From the human T2T-CHM13v2.0 reference genome, Homo sapiens, in the NCBI RefSeq assembly GCF_009914755.1, contig NC_060935.1: DNA of 64,000 nucleotides; one strand, 5' to 3'. Below, piece after piece: positions 41,388-56,072 of this stretch. Made by a program: the position numbers and the translations under genes. The notes under the pieces are model-generated. The model saw only the letters and a list, made by a program, of their open reading frames with translations, was not told where the DNA came from and made no database searches. Positions within the stretch are counted from its first letter, which is position 1, and each line of letters opens with the position of its first letter.

Positions 41388-41900
41388 ATTAATTGAAATT
41401 TTTTTAGTTACAGTGGCAATACCGTAATACAGTAGTCTAAGCTAAAACAGGAAATTCACTGGATCATATCACAAGATGGAAAACCAGAGTGGGTTAGGGT
41501 AAATGGAAACTGGCTTAGGGACAGCTGTGGCCAGGGACTTAAATGGCAGGATGGTATCCACTTCTCATTTTTACTCTTATCTGTAGAGTATCTTACTCTA
41601 CTCTTTTTTCTAATATTGCACAAGAGGAATGTAGAAGAGAGATTTTTTTAAACAGACCTCAGTTTTGGACTCAAGTTTCTTAACTGTATGAACAGAGATG
41701 AAAGGAATACTCTTTTCCCAACTAGAGTTTGAAACTTTTAGGAGAGGACTCTGATAGATCCATGTTGGGTCATACACCAACTCCTTGGACCCATCAACAT
41801 GAAAAGGTATGATGAGTTTTGTGTTAGACCAATTTGTAGCCAGGGAGGTAGGGCTGATTTCCACAGGAAAGAGGGCTGGTACATTTATTGCCTTTTGGAC
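41388..41900 (-). mobile_element. MLT1K/L-like LTR
   Basis: 'ctaagctaaaacaggaaattcactggatcat...ccagggacttaaatg...ggactctgatag...ttgggtcatac'. Confidence 0.6.
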
Positions 41901-42085
41901 CAAGTATAGACTACAGAAAACTAAGTATGCTATGCCAAGGGCTTGAAATTTATCCTACATGCATGGTTTATTTATTGGAACATTTAAAGTGGGAACATAA
42001 TCAGCTTTACCTTTTAAAAATACAATTCTGGCAGCAATGTAAAGGATGAAATCGAGATTTTTAAAGACAAGAGATAGGTATCTTA

Positions 42086-42457
<372 letters not shown>

Positions 42458-43504
42458 TTAGCAGTGTTTGTACAGAGGAGTGGTTTGAAGATAGAATCTA
42501 CAAGATGTCAGGGCTTGAAAATGAAGAGTAGGAGGATAAGAGAAAGAAACAACTCTCATATTTCTAACTTGTGTGATCGCATGGATGACAGCATAGTTCA
42601 CAATGCATGGAAAACATGAGGAAAAGCGGATTTGGCAACAAGTTTTTTAAAAAATAAAATCTTCCCAATTTTAACCTCTGGATGACTGGGTAGGATTATA
42701 AGCTTTCCTGTGCCCAGAGAAAGAATGTATTAGTCATATTTTCCTTTGTCTTCAGAGTAATTGAGATCATTCAGCAGATAAAGTGTGGTCAAAGAGTAAC
42801 TGCAGACCTTTCAAAAGTGTCTGTGACTAGAGTATCAATAAGGATAGTGCTTTGATGGACAGACAGCCTCTTTCTCTCCAGTCATTGAATCTCAAATCTG
42901 TATCCTCCATGATTCCTTTGTCATAGAGATGCTAGTTCTTCAAATAATACATGCATTTTTCTTTGCCCATATGTGTGTATATGCATAGGTGTGCGTGCCT
43001 GCTAAATAACTGCACATGACTTTTAAAATCTTCTGCAAATGTTGAAGCAAAGAGTAGCAAGGGTGGACATGGGAAATGTGTCTATAAGGACCTCAATGAA
43101 GAGCTTAGAAATTGCCCATGATCAGACATCTGAGATTCTGAAATGGTCTCAGACCTGATTTATATATTTCTAGTGGATATATTTACTCATGATGTTCTCC
43201 TGCTCATGCTGTCACAGAATCTGTAATAATCACTTAGGTTTACCAGCAGTATAATGAGATCATCTTGACTTTGTTAAATATTTCTCATTTTTAACTGGAT
43301 CTCATTATCTTAAGCTAATACAATACATTTGTTTTTTTCCCCTCAGTATTTATACCCATAAATAATATGAAGAATGTTAGCACAAACTTTCTTAGCAACA
43401 GTTTTCATAAGCTACCCAGTATGATCTTGTAAGGCTCTGACATTAAGCAGTCTCAGTTATTTTTACCTGGAGGATTTGTGTTTCTGAGTATCTCTCTTCC
43501 AGAC

Positions 43505-43718
43505 CAGGGATTGGCAAACTATGGCCTATAGGCTATTTGGTTTTTTTTCTTTTTAATGTTTCATTGGAATACAACCATGCTCATTTTTTGTGTATTATTT
43601 ATGGCTGTTTTAATGCTATTAATGGCAGAATTGAACAGTTTTTACAGAAACCAATTAGCCTGAAAAGCCTAAAATATTTACTAGCTCATCCTTTGTAGAA
43701 AAGATTTGCTGAACTCTG
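43505..43718 (+). mobile_element. MER58A (hAT-Charlie)
   Basis: cagggattggcaaactatggcc...aagcctaaaatatttacta...tttgctgaactctg. Confidence 0.85.
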
Positions 43719-43825
43719 TTGTAAACTACAATTTGATAATAGGAGATCCTGATGATAACTAACATTCTCATTACATGAATATAAGATTGAAATGATGAAA
43801 TACTCTCTCTTTTTAAAAATTTCGC

Positions 43826-44302
43826 TCCTTTGGATATATACCCAGAAGTGGAATTGCTGGATCATATGACAATTCTCTTTAGTATGTCAAAGAGATATCT
43901 GCATTTTTATGTTCTTTGAAGCACTAATCCCAATGACCAATATATGAAATCTACCCTAGTGTCCATCAATGGATGAATAGGTAAATAAATTATAGTCTAT
44001 ACACAATAGTATTAGAGATATACTATTCAGCCTGAAAAAAAGAAGAAAATTCTGTTCTTTTTGATAACATGGTGGACCATGCTAAGTGAAATAAGCCAAA
44101 CACTCATATGTGGAATCTAAAACAATGGAATTCATGGAAGCAGAAAGTAGAATGGTGGTTACCAGAGGCTGGGGATGGGGGAAACGGGAAGATGTTGGTC
44201 AAAGGGTACAAAGTTTCTCTTAGATCTACTGAGCAATGAGTTAACTATAGTTAATAATAATGTGTATTTCAAAATTGCTAAGTATTGAAAATATTTTCCA
44301 CC
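43826..44302 (+). mobile_element. L1MA 3' end with an inverted 5' segment (43826-43880)
   Basis: Antisense 'tcctttggatatatacccagaagtggaattgctggatcatatg' joined to sense 'agtatgtcaaagagatatctgca...gtagaatggtggttaccagaggctgggg'. Confidence 0.85.
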
Positions 44303-44914
44303 TTCCGTCAGCTTCTTTTCTTCATGCAATTCAAACTTTTCCATGATGTATACAACTTTCATTGAATTTGCTGCATCGTCTTCACAGACAGTGATATAAG
44401 TTGACTAACACCACCAGTATACATGTGTTTTAGAGGTGTTTATGATTTCTTTGGAAAAATTGAAAAATAAATAGGTCAGATTATGTTTCATCACTGTCCT
44501 GCTATTTTTCTCTACAATGGAAAATTATTTTGCCTTCATATCATTTTTGAGAAGAGCTAAAAATCCAAACATTTATGTTCAAGGGGCAACTCCTTTTTGC
44601 TATTCTCTGTGCTTTCTAATCTCAACTTATTTCTAGGGTAACAGAGATGTCACAATTATATCACCCTAACAAGCCAAATCTTTATCATATCGCTGTGTCT
44701 GGCTGTATGAGTCATAAGGTCATGACTCTGGACTGAAAGCACATTTAGTAATACAATATAAAATTTCTCATTCAGTACTTACCTTTACATAATCGTGGTT
44801 CTTGTTTAGGCAAAATGGGCTCTCTTTATAAGAGAAAAAAATAAAAGTTAAAATACAAATGCAAAGATTAAAAAAAAATCCTTTGCTAAAACAGAGGAGA
44901 GAGAAACTAGTAGT

Positions 44915-45165
44915 CAGAATCTGAAAACATGGGGAAGAAGTTTCACATAGAGTTCTGGGTTCAGTTTGAATCCCAGCTCTATGACTTACCAGCTATGTGA
45001 CCTATCTAAGATCCATTCTTTACCCGTAATGTGGGGATAATAATAGACCCTATTTAATCTAGTTTTAGAGTAGATTATAAGAGTAATTGTACATGAGTCA
45101 CTTAGCATAGAGCCTGACATTTAACAAGGGTTCGATAAATGTTAGCCCTAATAATAGTAATAATA
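44915..45165 (+). mobile_element. MIR
   Basis: 'tttgaatcccagctctatgacttaccagctatgtgacc...tgtggggataataatagacc...cacttagcatagagcctgaca'. Confidence 0.8.
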
Positions 45166-46336
45166 ATACCTCCTTGTAAGAGTTCCTCATCTACTCTCAG
45201 GAAATAAATTATGTGCCAGGAGACACTGGAGCAACATCTGTATAGACACATTTATCTAGTTGGGGGGCCGCATATTTAATGGTCTGTCAGAATGGATGGC
45301 TACACAAAAGGTTGACACACTGAGACCTGCCTAAACAGGAAGTGTGGGACAAACCTGACAGGCCTAGGGAAGACAGTCTCAGAAGTGATTAGCTCCACAC
45401 TGTTTTTAATTACATGCACTCTCTTTAGTTAGAAAGATGATGTTATTAAGTAAGTAGAATTATTGTACTTAGAAAAAATTTCAAAAATGGCCACTGATTT
45501 ATTTTAAAATAGGTGGATTACTGATAGTTTTATGAACATAAATTTAAAATATTTATTATATTTTATTGGAGATATTAATTTTAATAATAAATACATAAAG
45601 AAAAATCTTTTATATTTGAGTATTGCCATTGAATTGATATTTCTCAATTCTCAACAATGACTAAATAATGTAAATGTGTACATCTTCTCAAATAATTAAA
45701 CAGTCACAGAAAAAAATAGTTTAAAAACCTCATCATCCCTGACTCCATAGAGCTTAGTCTATTGATGGGGAAATACTTCAGTTGGATAATCATAAAAACA
45801 AATAAAATATTTAAGTGTTTAGGAGTCATGTTACATGCTGCTGTCATCATGTGTAATAGTGGGATTTGGCCTTGTCATTCATTCAATAACTATTTTAGAG
45901 CTTTTGTTCCTTGCCAGACATTGTTCTAGCTGCTTGAAATACCATAGTGAATAAGGCAGACACAGTTTTACTCTTATGGAAATTTTAACTAGCAGATGCT
46001 CAGAAAGGATAGGAAATATGTTGGAGGTTATATATTTAGAAAGTAGGAGATCCAAAATTCACACTTAGATCAATCCAGTGCCAAAACCTATGTCATTAAC
46101 CACTGTCATCTATTCTGTCTTCCCAATTTTATCTAAATGCAGTTTAGTGAGTATTTGTCTTTTGTCTGTTTATCTGACCAACAAATGAATATCCTTCTCA
46201 TATTGGAACATTCCCCACATTTTATGTGAGTCTTAATGCTAGGCAGGGGCTGCCTCTCACCATGGACACTGAAAAGCTAGATACTCCTTTTCTGAATCAA
46301 CCATGAAGAAATGGGTTGGGCACAGTTAATAATTAA

Positions 46337-47814
46337 TAAGCAAAATAAATAAATAAAAAACAAAGCTGGAGGCATCACGTTACCCAAATTGAAACTATAC
46401 TACACAGCTACAGTAACCCAAACAGCATGACACTGGTACAAAAACAGACATATAAACCAATGGAACATAATAGAGAGCCCAGAAATAAGGCCACACACCT
46501 ACGACCATCTGATCTTCAACTAAGCTGACAAAAACAAGCAGTGGGAAAAAGACTACCTATTCAAAAAATGGTGAGGGGATAACTGCCTGGCCATATGCAG
46601 AGGATTGAAGTTGGACTACTTCCTTATACCATATACAAAAATCAACTCAAGATGGATTAAAGACTTGAATGTAAAACCCCTAAGTGTAAAAACCCTGGAA
46701 GACAACCTAGGCACTACCATCCTGGACATAGAAACGAGCAGAGATTTCATGACATAGATAACAAAGGCAATTGCAACAAAGCAAAAATTGACAAATGGGA
46801 TCTAATTAAACTAAAGAGCTTCTGCACAACAAAAGAAACTCTCAACAGAGTAAACAGACAAACTAAAACCTGAGAGAACATATTTGCAAACTATGCATCT
46901 GACAAAGTTCTAAAATTCAGCATCTATATGGAACTTAAACAAATTTACAAGGGAAAAAACAAACAACCTCATTAAAAAGTGTGCAAAGGCCATGAAAAGA
47001 CACTTTTCAAAAGAAGACATACATGGAGCCAACAAGCATATGAAAGAAAGCTCAATATCACTGATCATTAGGGAAACGCAAATCAAACTACAAAGAGATA
47101 CCATCTCACACGGGTCAGAATGGCTATAGAAAGTCAAGAAATAACTGATGCCAAGAAAAAGGAATGCTTATATACTGTTGGTGGGAGTGTAAATTAGTTC
47201 AACCGTTGTGGAGAGCATTATGGTGATTCCTCAAAAAGCTAAAAGCAGAGCTACCATTCAATCAAGCAATCCCATTAGTCAGTATATATCCAGAGGAATA
47301 TAAATCATTCTACCATAAAGACAAATACACAGAAATGTTCATTGCAGAACTATCCACAACATAAAAGACATTAAATCCACCTAAATACTCACCAGTGACA
47401 GATTCCATAAAGAAAATGTGGTAAATATACACTATGGAACACTATGCAGCCATAAAAAAGAATGAGATCATGTCTTCCATCCAGGAACATGGATGGAGCT
47501 GGAGGCCATTATCCTTGATGAACTAACACAGGAAGAGAAAACCAAATACTGCATATTCACAGTTATAGGTGGAAGATAAATGATAAGAACTCCTGAACAC
47601 AAAGAAGGGAACAACACACACTGGGGTCTACTTGAGGGTAGAGGGTGGGAGGAGGGAGAGGAGTATAAAAAATAACCATTGGATATGAGGCTTAATACTT
47701 GGTTGATGAAATAATCTATACAACAAACCCCTCTGACACAAGTTTACTTATGTAACAAACCTGCACATGTACTCCCAAACCTAAAATAAAAGTTAACAAA
47801 AGAAGAAAATAAAA
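46337..47814 (+). mobile_element. L1PA15/16-like 3' ~1.45 kb (ORF2 C-terminal part, 3'UTR, A tail)
   Basis: From caaagctggaggcatcac (KAGGIT) through the 3'UTR 'gaaataatctatacaacaaacccc...cctaaaataaaagtt'. Confidence 0.93.
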
Positions 47815-47965
47815 TATTAGAGTCCACTGAAAAATAAGAACACATTAGTTTCCAGAATGTATTATTTTGATTCTATTATTATTATTAAATCCTTCACTTT
47901 TCTCACTGGATATGTTCAGTAAAGCAATACAATTTCGAAATATCAGAAAAATGGACTTCACTCAC

Positions 47966-48281
47966 TGCTATGGACTGAATATTTGTGTCCCCCAAAATTC
48001 ATGGGTTGAAACCTATTCCCCAAGGTGATGGTATTTGAAGGTGGGGCCTTTAGGAAGTGATCAATCGTGAGAGTGAAGTGCTTCTGAATGGGATCAGTGT
48101 CTTTATGAAAGAGACCCCAGGGAGCTCCCTCACCCCTTCTCCCCTCTGAGAACACAGAGAGAAGACAGCTATCTATGAACCAGGAAGCAGGTTCTCACCA
48201 CATATCCAATCTGTTATTGCCTTGATCTTGGACTTCCCAGCCTCCAGAGCTGTGGGAAATAAATCTGCGTTGTTCATAACC
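47966..48281 (+). mobile_element. MLT1A-like MaLR LTR, 3'-truncated
   Basis: tgctatggactgaatatttgtgtcccccaaaattc...ccttgatcttggacttcccagcctccaga...aaataaat. Confidence 0.88.
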
Positions 48282-49241
48282 CCCTCCTCTTCCACCCAAA
48301 AAAGAAAGAAATAAATGGATTGGGCAAATGGCTTCACCAATCCAGTAGGCTTACCCTGCATTCTAACTAGGTTTATATGTCTCAAAGGAAGGAATGTCTT
48401 TTCAAAGGAGTGGCAGAGAACACACCTGGGATTCAGAGCTTGCGGCCATGGCACTGCATCTCTGGCTTGTAAAATTCAACCATGGCAGCAGTGATGGTCT
48501 CAGTGGGCTGAATGTGTGCTGTGACTTTAACTCCCATTTTCATACTATTTTCTGAGTATAATTCTCTTACCTTCCTGTTGACTGCTTAAATCATCGAGAT
48601 TTATTTTCTATTGCTTGCAACCAAAAGCCCCAGTTGGTTGTTTAGATTATTTCACCCCACACATTGACCTTTATTAATCAATAGCTTGATTGGATGATAA
48701 TGGAATGAAGTTGCCATGTGATTTTGCGTAGTTCTGCAGAACTTCCTTCTTCATCTCCTTCGTTGTAGAGAAAGGTAAACTAGCAATAATTAGAATACTG
48801 ACAATGCCTTGGGGCCCATTATTGGTGATATGGCAAAGATAATTCACATAGAATTTTTTTAGTCAAATTTAGCTTATTGAGAGATATGAATTGATTCAGC
48901 CAAAATGAATATCTACAAATATCTAGACTCTAATTGGTAGCATCTTAAAAAAAATGAAAAAACTGAATTCAGCAACACAACTGAGATATTATACTTTCTT
49001 TTTATTCTACTCCTGTTATTAGCCTTTATTTTCAATTTTTAATCTATATGATTTTAGATTTCTGAGTGAATGTATCAGTCAAAATATTAAGTGAGTAGAA
49101 GTATGTCAAAATCTTTAACTTTATGATCACCACGTAAGCAAATGTTTGCAATGTGTTCATTTTTCAAAAAATTACTCTGGTATTGTATACATACCAATCC
49201 AAAGAAACTGTCAGTCAAGAAATGTGTTGATCCCCAAATCA

Positions 49242-49316
49242 GTAATTTTAACCAGGGAAGTTTTCTGTAATTTTAACCAGGGAAGTTTTCTGTAATTTTA
49301 ACTAGGGAAGTTGTCT
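49242..49316. repeat. 25-bp tandem repeat x3 (GTAATTTTAACCAGGGAAGTTTTCT)
   Basis: Copies 1 and 2 are identical; copy 3 has two substitutions. Confidence 0.95.
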
Positions 49317-50394
49317 TACCACCACTGCAGTTGTTTTTGATGACCAGTTAGTAAACTAATGTATGTCTTCCATGTAATTCATAAATAATTTCTGATTTTC
49401 TGAGCTTTCACTAATACAAATTTACTCAAATCTTTGTTGTTGTTGAAGTTTCTAAGAGTTTTATGTTTTCTCCAACAGAAGTTATGTTAAATGGATGTAT
49501 ATTTGGCTAAATATATATTTTCTGTGATATTTATCCATGATAGATATTATTTAAGGGTGTGTTAATTGGTATATTTAATCACAGGAATACATTAACCATT
49601 CAGAAAAGGAAAATGATTCAGCTGTCTACATTTTTTATTCTGTCCCCCTTGCAATTATTTCAAGGTTACTAAAGAGCTTGGCTTCAGGACATTTAGGCAT
49701 ATGAATTAATGTTAATCAGTGGTAACCTATTAATCACCCAGAGATTTATCATCTAGTATATCTGGACATTTAAAAATATCTGGATCTTTGCTCTTTGGTA
49801 AATGTATATCGAGCAATTTAAAAAAATTCCAAACAGATGTTTGTCTTTGAAGCCTATATTACTATAAATGGATGTCTTTAATGCTCATCAAGTTTTATTG
49901 AGAAGCAAAATAATTTTCATATCAATATCAAATACAAATACAGCATAAAGAAATAAAGATGTACATCAAAGTGCTAAATATAGAATATAATTAAATACCT
50001 ATGTAAAACCATATGCCAATTTTCTACAAGTTGAATTACCAATAGATGTTTTATGTCAATTCATTTTTGCCTAATTTATTTAGATACTCTAATTACTTAT
50101 TACAAAGCAGCTCAATTTCAGTTTCTGTATTTATTTCTTTTGATGTAGTTACATTTTTAACCTAGACTAGTATATCAAAATATGTTACATTATATTGAAC
50201 CTTAATTCTGGGTAACTTTCTGTGTCTCAGTTAAATTTTTTTATAAGATAAAAGCTATTTGTACTAAATTTGTTTTAATGTTATACAAAAGAATTGGTGA
50301 AATCTTTTCAATCCAGGATTAGGGAGTGAGAACAAAAGAGTTCCAGGTAACTTCAACCTCTGGCCAATACGGATAGTGTTCTCACTTTGACCTT

Positions 50395-50755
50395 TGCTAG
50401 TGCCTGAATGCTTGTGTCCACCCAAATTTGTATATTAAAACCTAATCCCAAATGTGAGGGTCTTTAGAGGTGTAGCCTTTGGGAGGTGATTAGGTCACAA
50501 GGATGGAGCCCTCATGCATGGGATTAGTGCCCTTATAAAAGAGGTGTCAGAGTATCCCTGGCTTCCTCTGCTATGTGAGGTTACAGAGAGAAGATGGCCC
50601 TCTATGAACCAGGAAATGGGCACTTACCAGACACTGAATCTCCCAGTGCTTTGATCTTAGACTTCCCAGACTCCAGAAAAGTGAGAAATAAATTTCTGTT
50701 GTTTACAAGCTACCCTTGTAGTAGTTTGTTAAAGCAGTGCAAACAGACTAAGACA
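50395..50755 (+). mobile_element. MLT1A-like MaLR solo LTR, full length
   Basis: tgctag...gggaggtgattaggtca...gggattagtgcccttataaaagag...aaacagactaagaca. Confidence 0.9.
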
Positions 50756-51051
50756 GCTTTCCTTTGATTAGGTTTTTCATTCTTTCTTATAAGATCTATA
50801 AATGAATGAAAGGCTCTTGTTTTCAGGTGCCATTGGAAGAGGTTTAGTTACATTCCCTTCCACAATAGGTGGAGCTAGTGACACCCTGAAGTCTTAATAA
50901 TTATTACCTTTCCTTCCTTTTCTATTATAGACACTACCACTGCTATAATTTGATATTTGCATGCATTATTACGAATTGAAAATACCTACACATAGTTTAT
51001 CACTTTGTATATTTAATAGTCTTACTATGTATTAGTTTTTATCTTCATTTT

Positions 51052-51400
51052 GTTTTATATATAAATAATATATAATATATTATATATAAATTATATATAA
51101 TATATTTATATATAAAACATATATATATAAAACATATATGTATGTGTGTGTGTGTGTATATACATATATATACATATATTCCTGGGTTCAAGCAATTGTC
51201 ATGCCTCAGCCTCCCTTGTAGCTGGGATTACAGGCATGTACCACCATGCCTGGCTAATTTTTTGGATTTTTTTAGTAGAGATGGAGTTTTACCATTTACC
51301 ATGTTGGCCAATCTGGTCTCAAACTCTTGGCCTCATGTGATTCATTCACCTCGGCCTCCCAAAGTGTTGGGATTACAGGCATGATCCACCACACCTGGCC
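51052..51400 (-). mobile_element. AluS whose 3' ~75 nt and tail are replaced by (TA)n/(TG)n
   Basis: Alu body 51181-51400; microsatellite 51052-51180; 12-bp TSD TATCTTCATTTT at 51040-51051 and 51401-51412. Confidence 0.9.
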
Positions 51401-54400
51401 TATCTTCATTTTATGGATAAGAACAAGAAGAACCAAAGAATTTTAAGTAACACATAATGGCTCATTACATTACTCTGCAATGAAAAAGCTAGCTCCATAA
51501 CCTCTGACCCCAAGATGAGTGATCTTTCTAGTACATGCTATCATCTCACTATTAGTTATGATGCTTATAAAAATCATTTATTGAGCCAAATCCCTTTATT
51601 TTATACCTATGATAAAACTCACATAAAATCCATGGTCATTTTCATTACACTAGGCCACCAGGTAATATGGATTTAAGTTTGATTGTGAAATATAAAAAAA
51701 GTTGCTTTCTAGATATTTGAAGAATGATAAGGGCAAGATGGAAGCATGTTTGTTGTATTATAAGTCAAGAATCCAATTTAATTGAAGTCTCTGAGATGAA
51801 AATAGACCCCTTACTACTATTTACTTGCAGCCTTTTCTTAAATTGCCTTCTTATGTGTGGAAGCCAATTTCAGCCTCTTTCTCAGTCATTTTAAGAGTAC
51901 ATACAGGAATATGGAATAACAATGCTATGCAGTTGAATTGCATTTTACAAGTTTTAAGTAGTTTGATCTGATAGAAGTCTGTCAAGTTGGGGGACCAGAT
52001 TTTATAAATCTAATTTTAGAGATTAAAAACTGGAATTAAGGAAGGAAATAGCCCAAGTACACAAACATCCTGAGCAAACAGATTTGAGGTTAGGACTGTT
52101 TTCATGACAGTCTGGTCTGCATTTCTTCTATTCTACTGTCTCACTCTGCCCCAATGCTGCCAGTAAAGACCATCATAATGCTCCTGACAGGTGGCATATT
52201 GTGATAGCAGCATGGCAACAACAGCATTTTCTTCAGTTCTGTTTCAGAAAGCACATACTGTCTGCATACTTTTAGAAGGCTTTCCTCCATTCTTCATTGG
52301 ACATTGCACCATCAAGCAATGAAAATTTCTTACGATAAAAACCCAAATTCTAATTCTAAGGTAATAAACAAAATAAATGCTTTCCAGGAGATAAATGTTC
52401 AGAAAAGAGAAACTGGTACTTTAAGGGACTGAGTGCTGTTTTGTGCCACTACTAAGATTTAACTCTTACCCTGTATCACCATTGGAATGTTCTAATTAGT
52501 ATCGTGGAAAATGCCGTCATAACAGTTATCCCAATTTAGGACCAGGAGACAGAACACGTACCTTGAAGCAAAAATATGCAAGTTGGGAAAAATGCTGACA
52601 CTGGCTATGTCTGCGCTCAAGAATAGTTTAACTGTTACTGAGTAAATTGCATGTATGAGTTGACAAGAAGTGATTTCAGTCACTTTTCTATGAGACAGAT
52701 AATATGGGAAACAAAACAATTTTGTATCCTTAAAGGAAGAGATTTCATAAGAAAAGAAGGAAATTATAAGCTGTAAAGGAGAGCTCAAATTATATGTAAC
52801 AACATGCTAATGAAAATGAATAGACATTGTGTTTCCAAAGAATGTTCAGAGACAAATGACATCTTCAAATTAAATTTGGATACTAAAAAGGGATGCTTGT
52901 TGAATTGCATGTTATATAAGTGTCAATTGTGTGTTAGATCATAAGCAAAATATTACTTAAAACAAGACAATTGGCTTGGATGTGTGATCATCTCTAAAAC
53001 TCTGAAAGCTCAATGAATGTGACACATTGTATAACTAGGCAAGTGTTTCCTAATAATAATCATAGGCAGGTATCTGACTTTATACCCTTTTTTATCTGAA
53101 ATATTTTACATATGCATGAACATTTATCCACATATTTAAAATTAAAGAGATAAAATGCTGTTAATAGTCATACTGGTTATCTGAATTTTTAAAAACAATA
53201 CTAATTTTAAAAAAGAAACATCTGGCTTAGAAAATGACTATATTCAGCACTAGAAAAATTCTTGTAATCACGTTGTAGAAATTTTAAATTCTACTTCGGA
53301 CATTTTAAATGTTGTACTTCAACGACATTTCACTGCCCAAGTAACTGTGTGTTCATGTTTCTTGGCTGGATATTCATGGTCTTCCATAACTTTACCCCAA
53401 CCTATCTTCTTATCTAATTTCCCCTAAGTTTCCATCTCATATTCCCTGTTTTCTATTCATAATGAATTTTTCTTTTCCAAGTTTTTATTCATGCTTTCCC
53501 CACTGCCTAAATGCCTTGTCCCTATTCTGGGTGCCTACATTTGATCCTTCCTTTAATTCTCAATTCAAATGCTACCTCCTTCTTAAATTATTTTCTACTT
53601 CCAAGTAAGCATGGGTCACCCATTTAACCCTAATTACAGACATCTGCAGGAGGCTGCAGTAACAATAGCCTTCTGTGAACATATTTCCGTGTCTTACTGT
53701 GAAACAGAATAGGCAATGACTCTAGGAATTGGTGACTTACAAAGGAAGACATTTTGTTGTTGAATGAACATATTTTATCAGGCTGAAAACAACTATTCTG
53801 AAAGTGATTCTGTTTACTGGTAATTTTTTACATCTCAAGTAGCTCCGAGGTAAAAGTTTAAAGAGACAGTTTCTACATTTATATGTACAGCAGTTCATTT
53901 TAGAGAGATGCAGGTTGACATTACATTTGTATTAGATATATTTGTTTTGTTAATGATGACTAAATCCTTAGTTTTTTTTTTTCTGTAAAATATTTAAGTG
54001 TCTTGTGGTTGCCATGTCAAAGACCTGTATCAGATTTCAACATCTCAAAAATCTGATGATCCACAGAACATATTGTTCAGCTATATGAGACATCCATTCT
54101 AATTGTTTTTTTTTTGAAATCCATAGACTAACAATAAACTTTAAAACATAACTTCATTAAAATTAAAGGAAATATTTGATGTTTTCTTGGTTTGAGGATC
54201 CTAGGCATATATTCATTTATTCAACAAATACTGGTTGAACATTTTCTCTTTTCCTTAATATTGTGGAAACTCAGGGAGAATCTACTTTACTTGAAGAAAT
54301 ATCCATTTAAGATGATATATTTTTAAATAGGTATCTGACATTACCTCATGTAAGGTGATTTATAATCTTGTTAACACAAATAAAATTCTCCAAGCCTTGT

Positions 54401-55517
54401 GCTAATACTTGACCCAAAATAGTTTATTTTATCTCCTACTGAAACTTGCTTACCCACAAAATAAGGAGTGAAAGAAAATATTGCAGTTATCATTTTTTTC
54501 AATGAGCTTTTAGTGAGTACTTGCTAAATACTTATAATTACTTATAATAAATATTTTAATAATAATTACTTCTATGTTTTAGGACTGTTGTCCTCTGAGA
54601 TACAAAGAAAAGTTATATAAAGGTCTATCCTCAAAAGCTTACAGTCTAGTGGAGAAAAATATTATCTAAAGTCAATATAATCCTTTACTGATTTTATATA
54701 TATATATATTCTACATATATTACTTATTTGTTAGTAGTACTATTTTTTAGATAAGAAAATTGAGTTTTAAGAGTCAAGTTACTAGTCCAAAGTTATAGAT
54801 TAATGCAATGGCAAAACCTATCTTTATACTGAAGTCTTATGACTATGAGTCAGAGGGACTACCTATTACAGATTTGACCTTCCATTAACGGGTAGTGAAA
54901 GCCCTAAGGAAATTAAAGTCTATCCTCTCTGATTCTTGAGTTTGGAAACTATTACAGCAACAATGACATCTTTATATTTGATAAGCAATTACTGTTTTCA
55001 AGGGTTCTCTTTATCTTTTCAATTTGATCGATTGCATGTTTCTTAGCTTTTCAGGTTGGAAAAAAGAATCAATGTGGTGCTCCTCTAAAAACTCTGTAAA
55101 ACTGCAAGGCACTAGGTGCAAGCCCAGAATCAATTACAAAAGGGAGCCCAAAATCAGACAGGTACCTGGGAGATATTACTAATGAATGTATATTATCTTT
55201 TGTTATCTGAAATGGCTATGCCTAAGTGTTAACCAAACTTTCTGGTAGGTACAGATTTCAGTTTATTTTAATAGGTCTAAGTCCACTCAATCTTCCAGCA
55301 CCAAAATTCCCATTGATTTTTCAAGGGCAATAACTAATGGTTCCAGTAAGAATGTTAAAGAAAATGCTTGTTTTGGAAACTTATGACTGATAGACAAGTA
55401 AAACTAATTCGAAGAAGACAAACTTTCCATACTATACCACAAAATATATATTAGAAATAAACTTGAGTCAATAGGGCTAACTAGCCTAAATTTAGAGAGT
55501 GACAGATTTCAGCTCAC

Positions 55518-55700
55518 AAGAAGAAATTTTTCTACCAACTGTAACCCACCATGAATAGAACAAGCTGACTCTGAAGTAGTGAGGTTCTCATGTCTAGATG
55601 TTCCAATAAAAGCTATGTGAAAATGTTTTAGTTTCAGAGAGGGTCCGTATGTATGGTAGGATATTGAAATAGATGATCTTGAATTTTCCTTCCATCCCAC
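55518..55700 (+). mobile_element. L3/CR1-like 3' fragment
   Basis: 'aagaagaaatttttcta...gaacaagctg...gaagtagtgaggttctcatgtctagatgttcc...tagatgatctt...ccttccatccc'. Confidence 0.6.
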
Positions 55701-56072
55701 TTTTCTAACACGATTCCTCGTTTGACTCTTGGCTCTTTCCCCTTCCTTAAATAAACTGGTGATTTTGAGAAGTGGGCATATGGAGCACGCAAAAGAAAGA
55801 TAAAAAGAAAGAAAAAGATAGAGGGAGAAGGAAGAAGGAAAGAGAGCAGTTGAGGAAGAAAGTAGGAAGGTTGTATGAGGAGAGACAGAAAATTAGGAAA
55901 GGGGATACATAGTAGGTAGTCTAGGAAGTCTAGCTTTTCTATAGGAGAAATGTGCCAGTACACAAGACTAACATCCGCTAAATGGGTCATAGATGTGTGT
56001 AAACAGCATACAAACATCCAGGCCAGACAGATTTCCATGAAGTTAGGGTATAAGATAGGTCTTCCATGATGC

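Noticed and set aside
46337-46380. This L1 begins at about the consensus position where the first segment of the 27-kb L1 ends
   Set aside because: Each element has its own 3' end, and the shared A-rich site plausibly attracts truncation independently.
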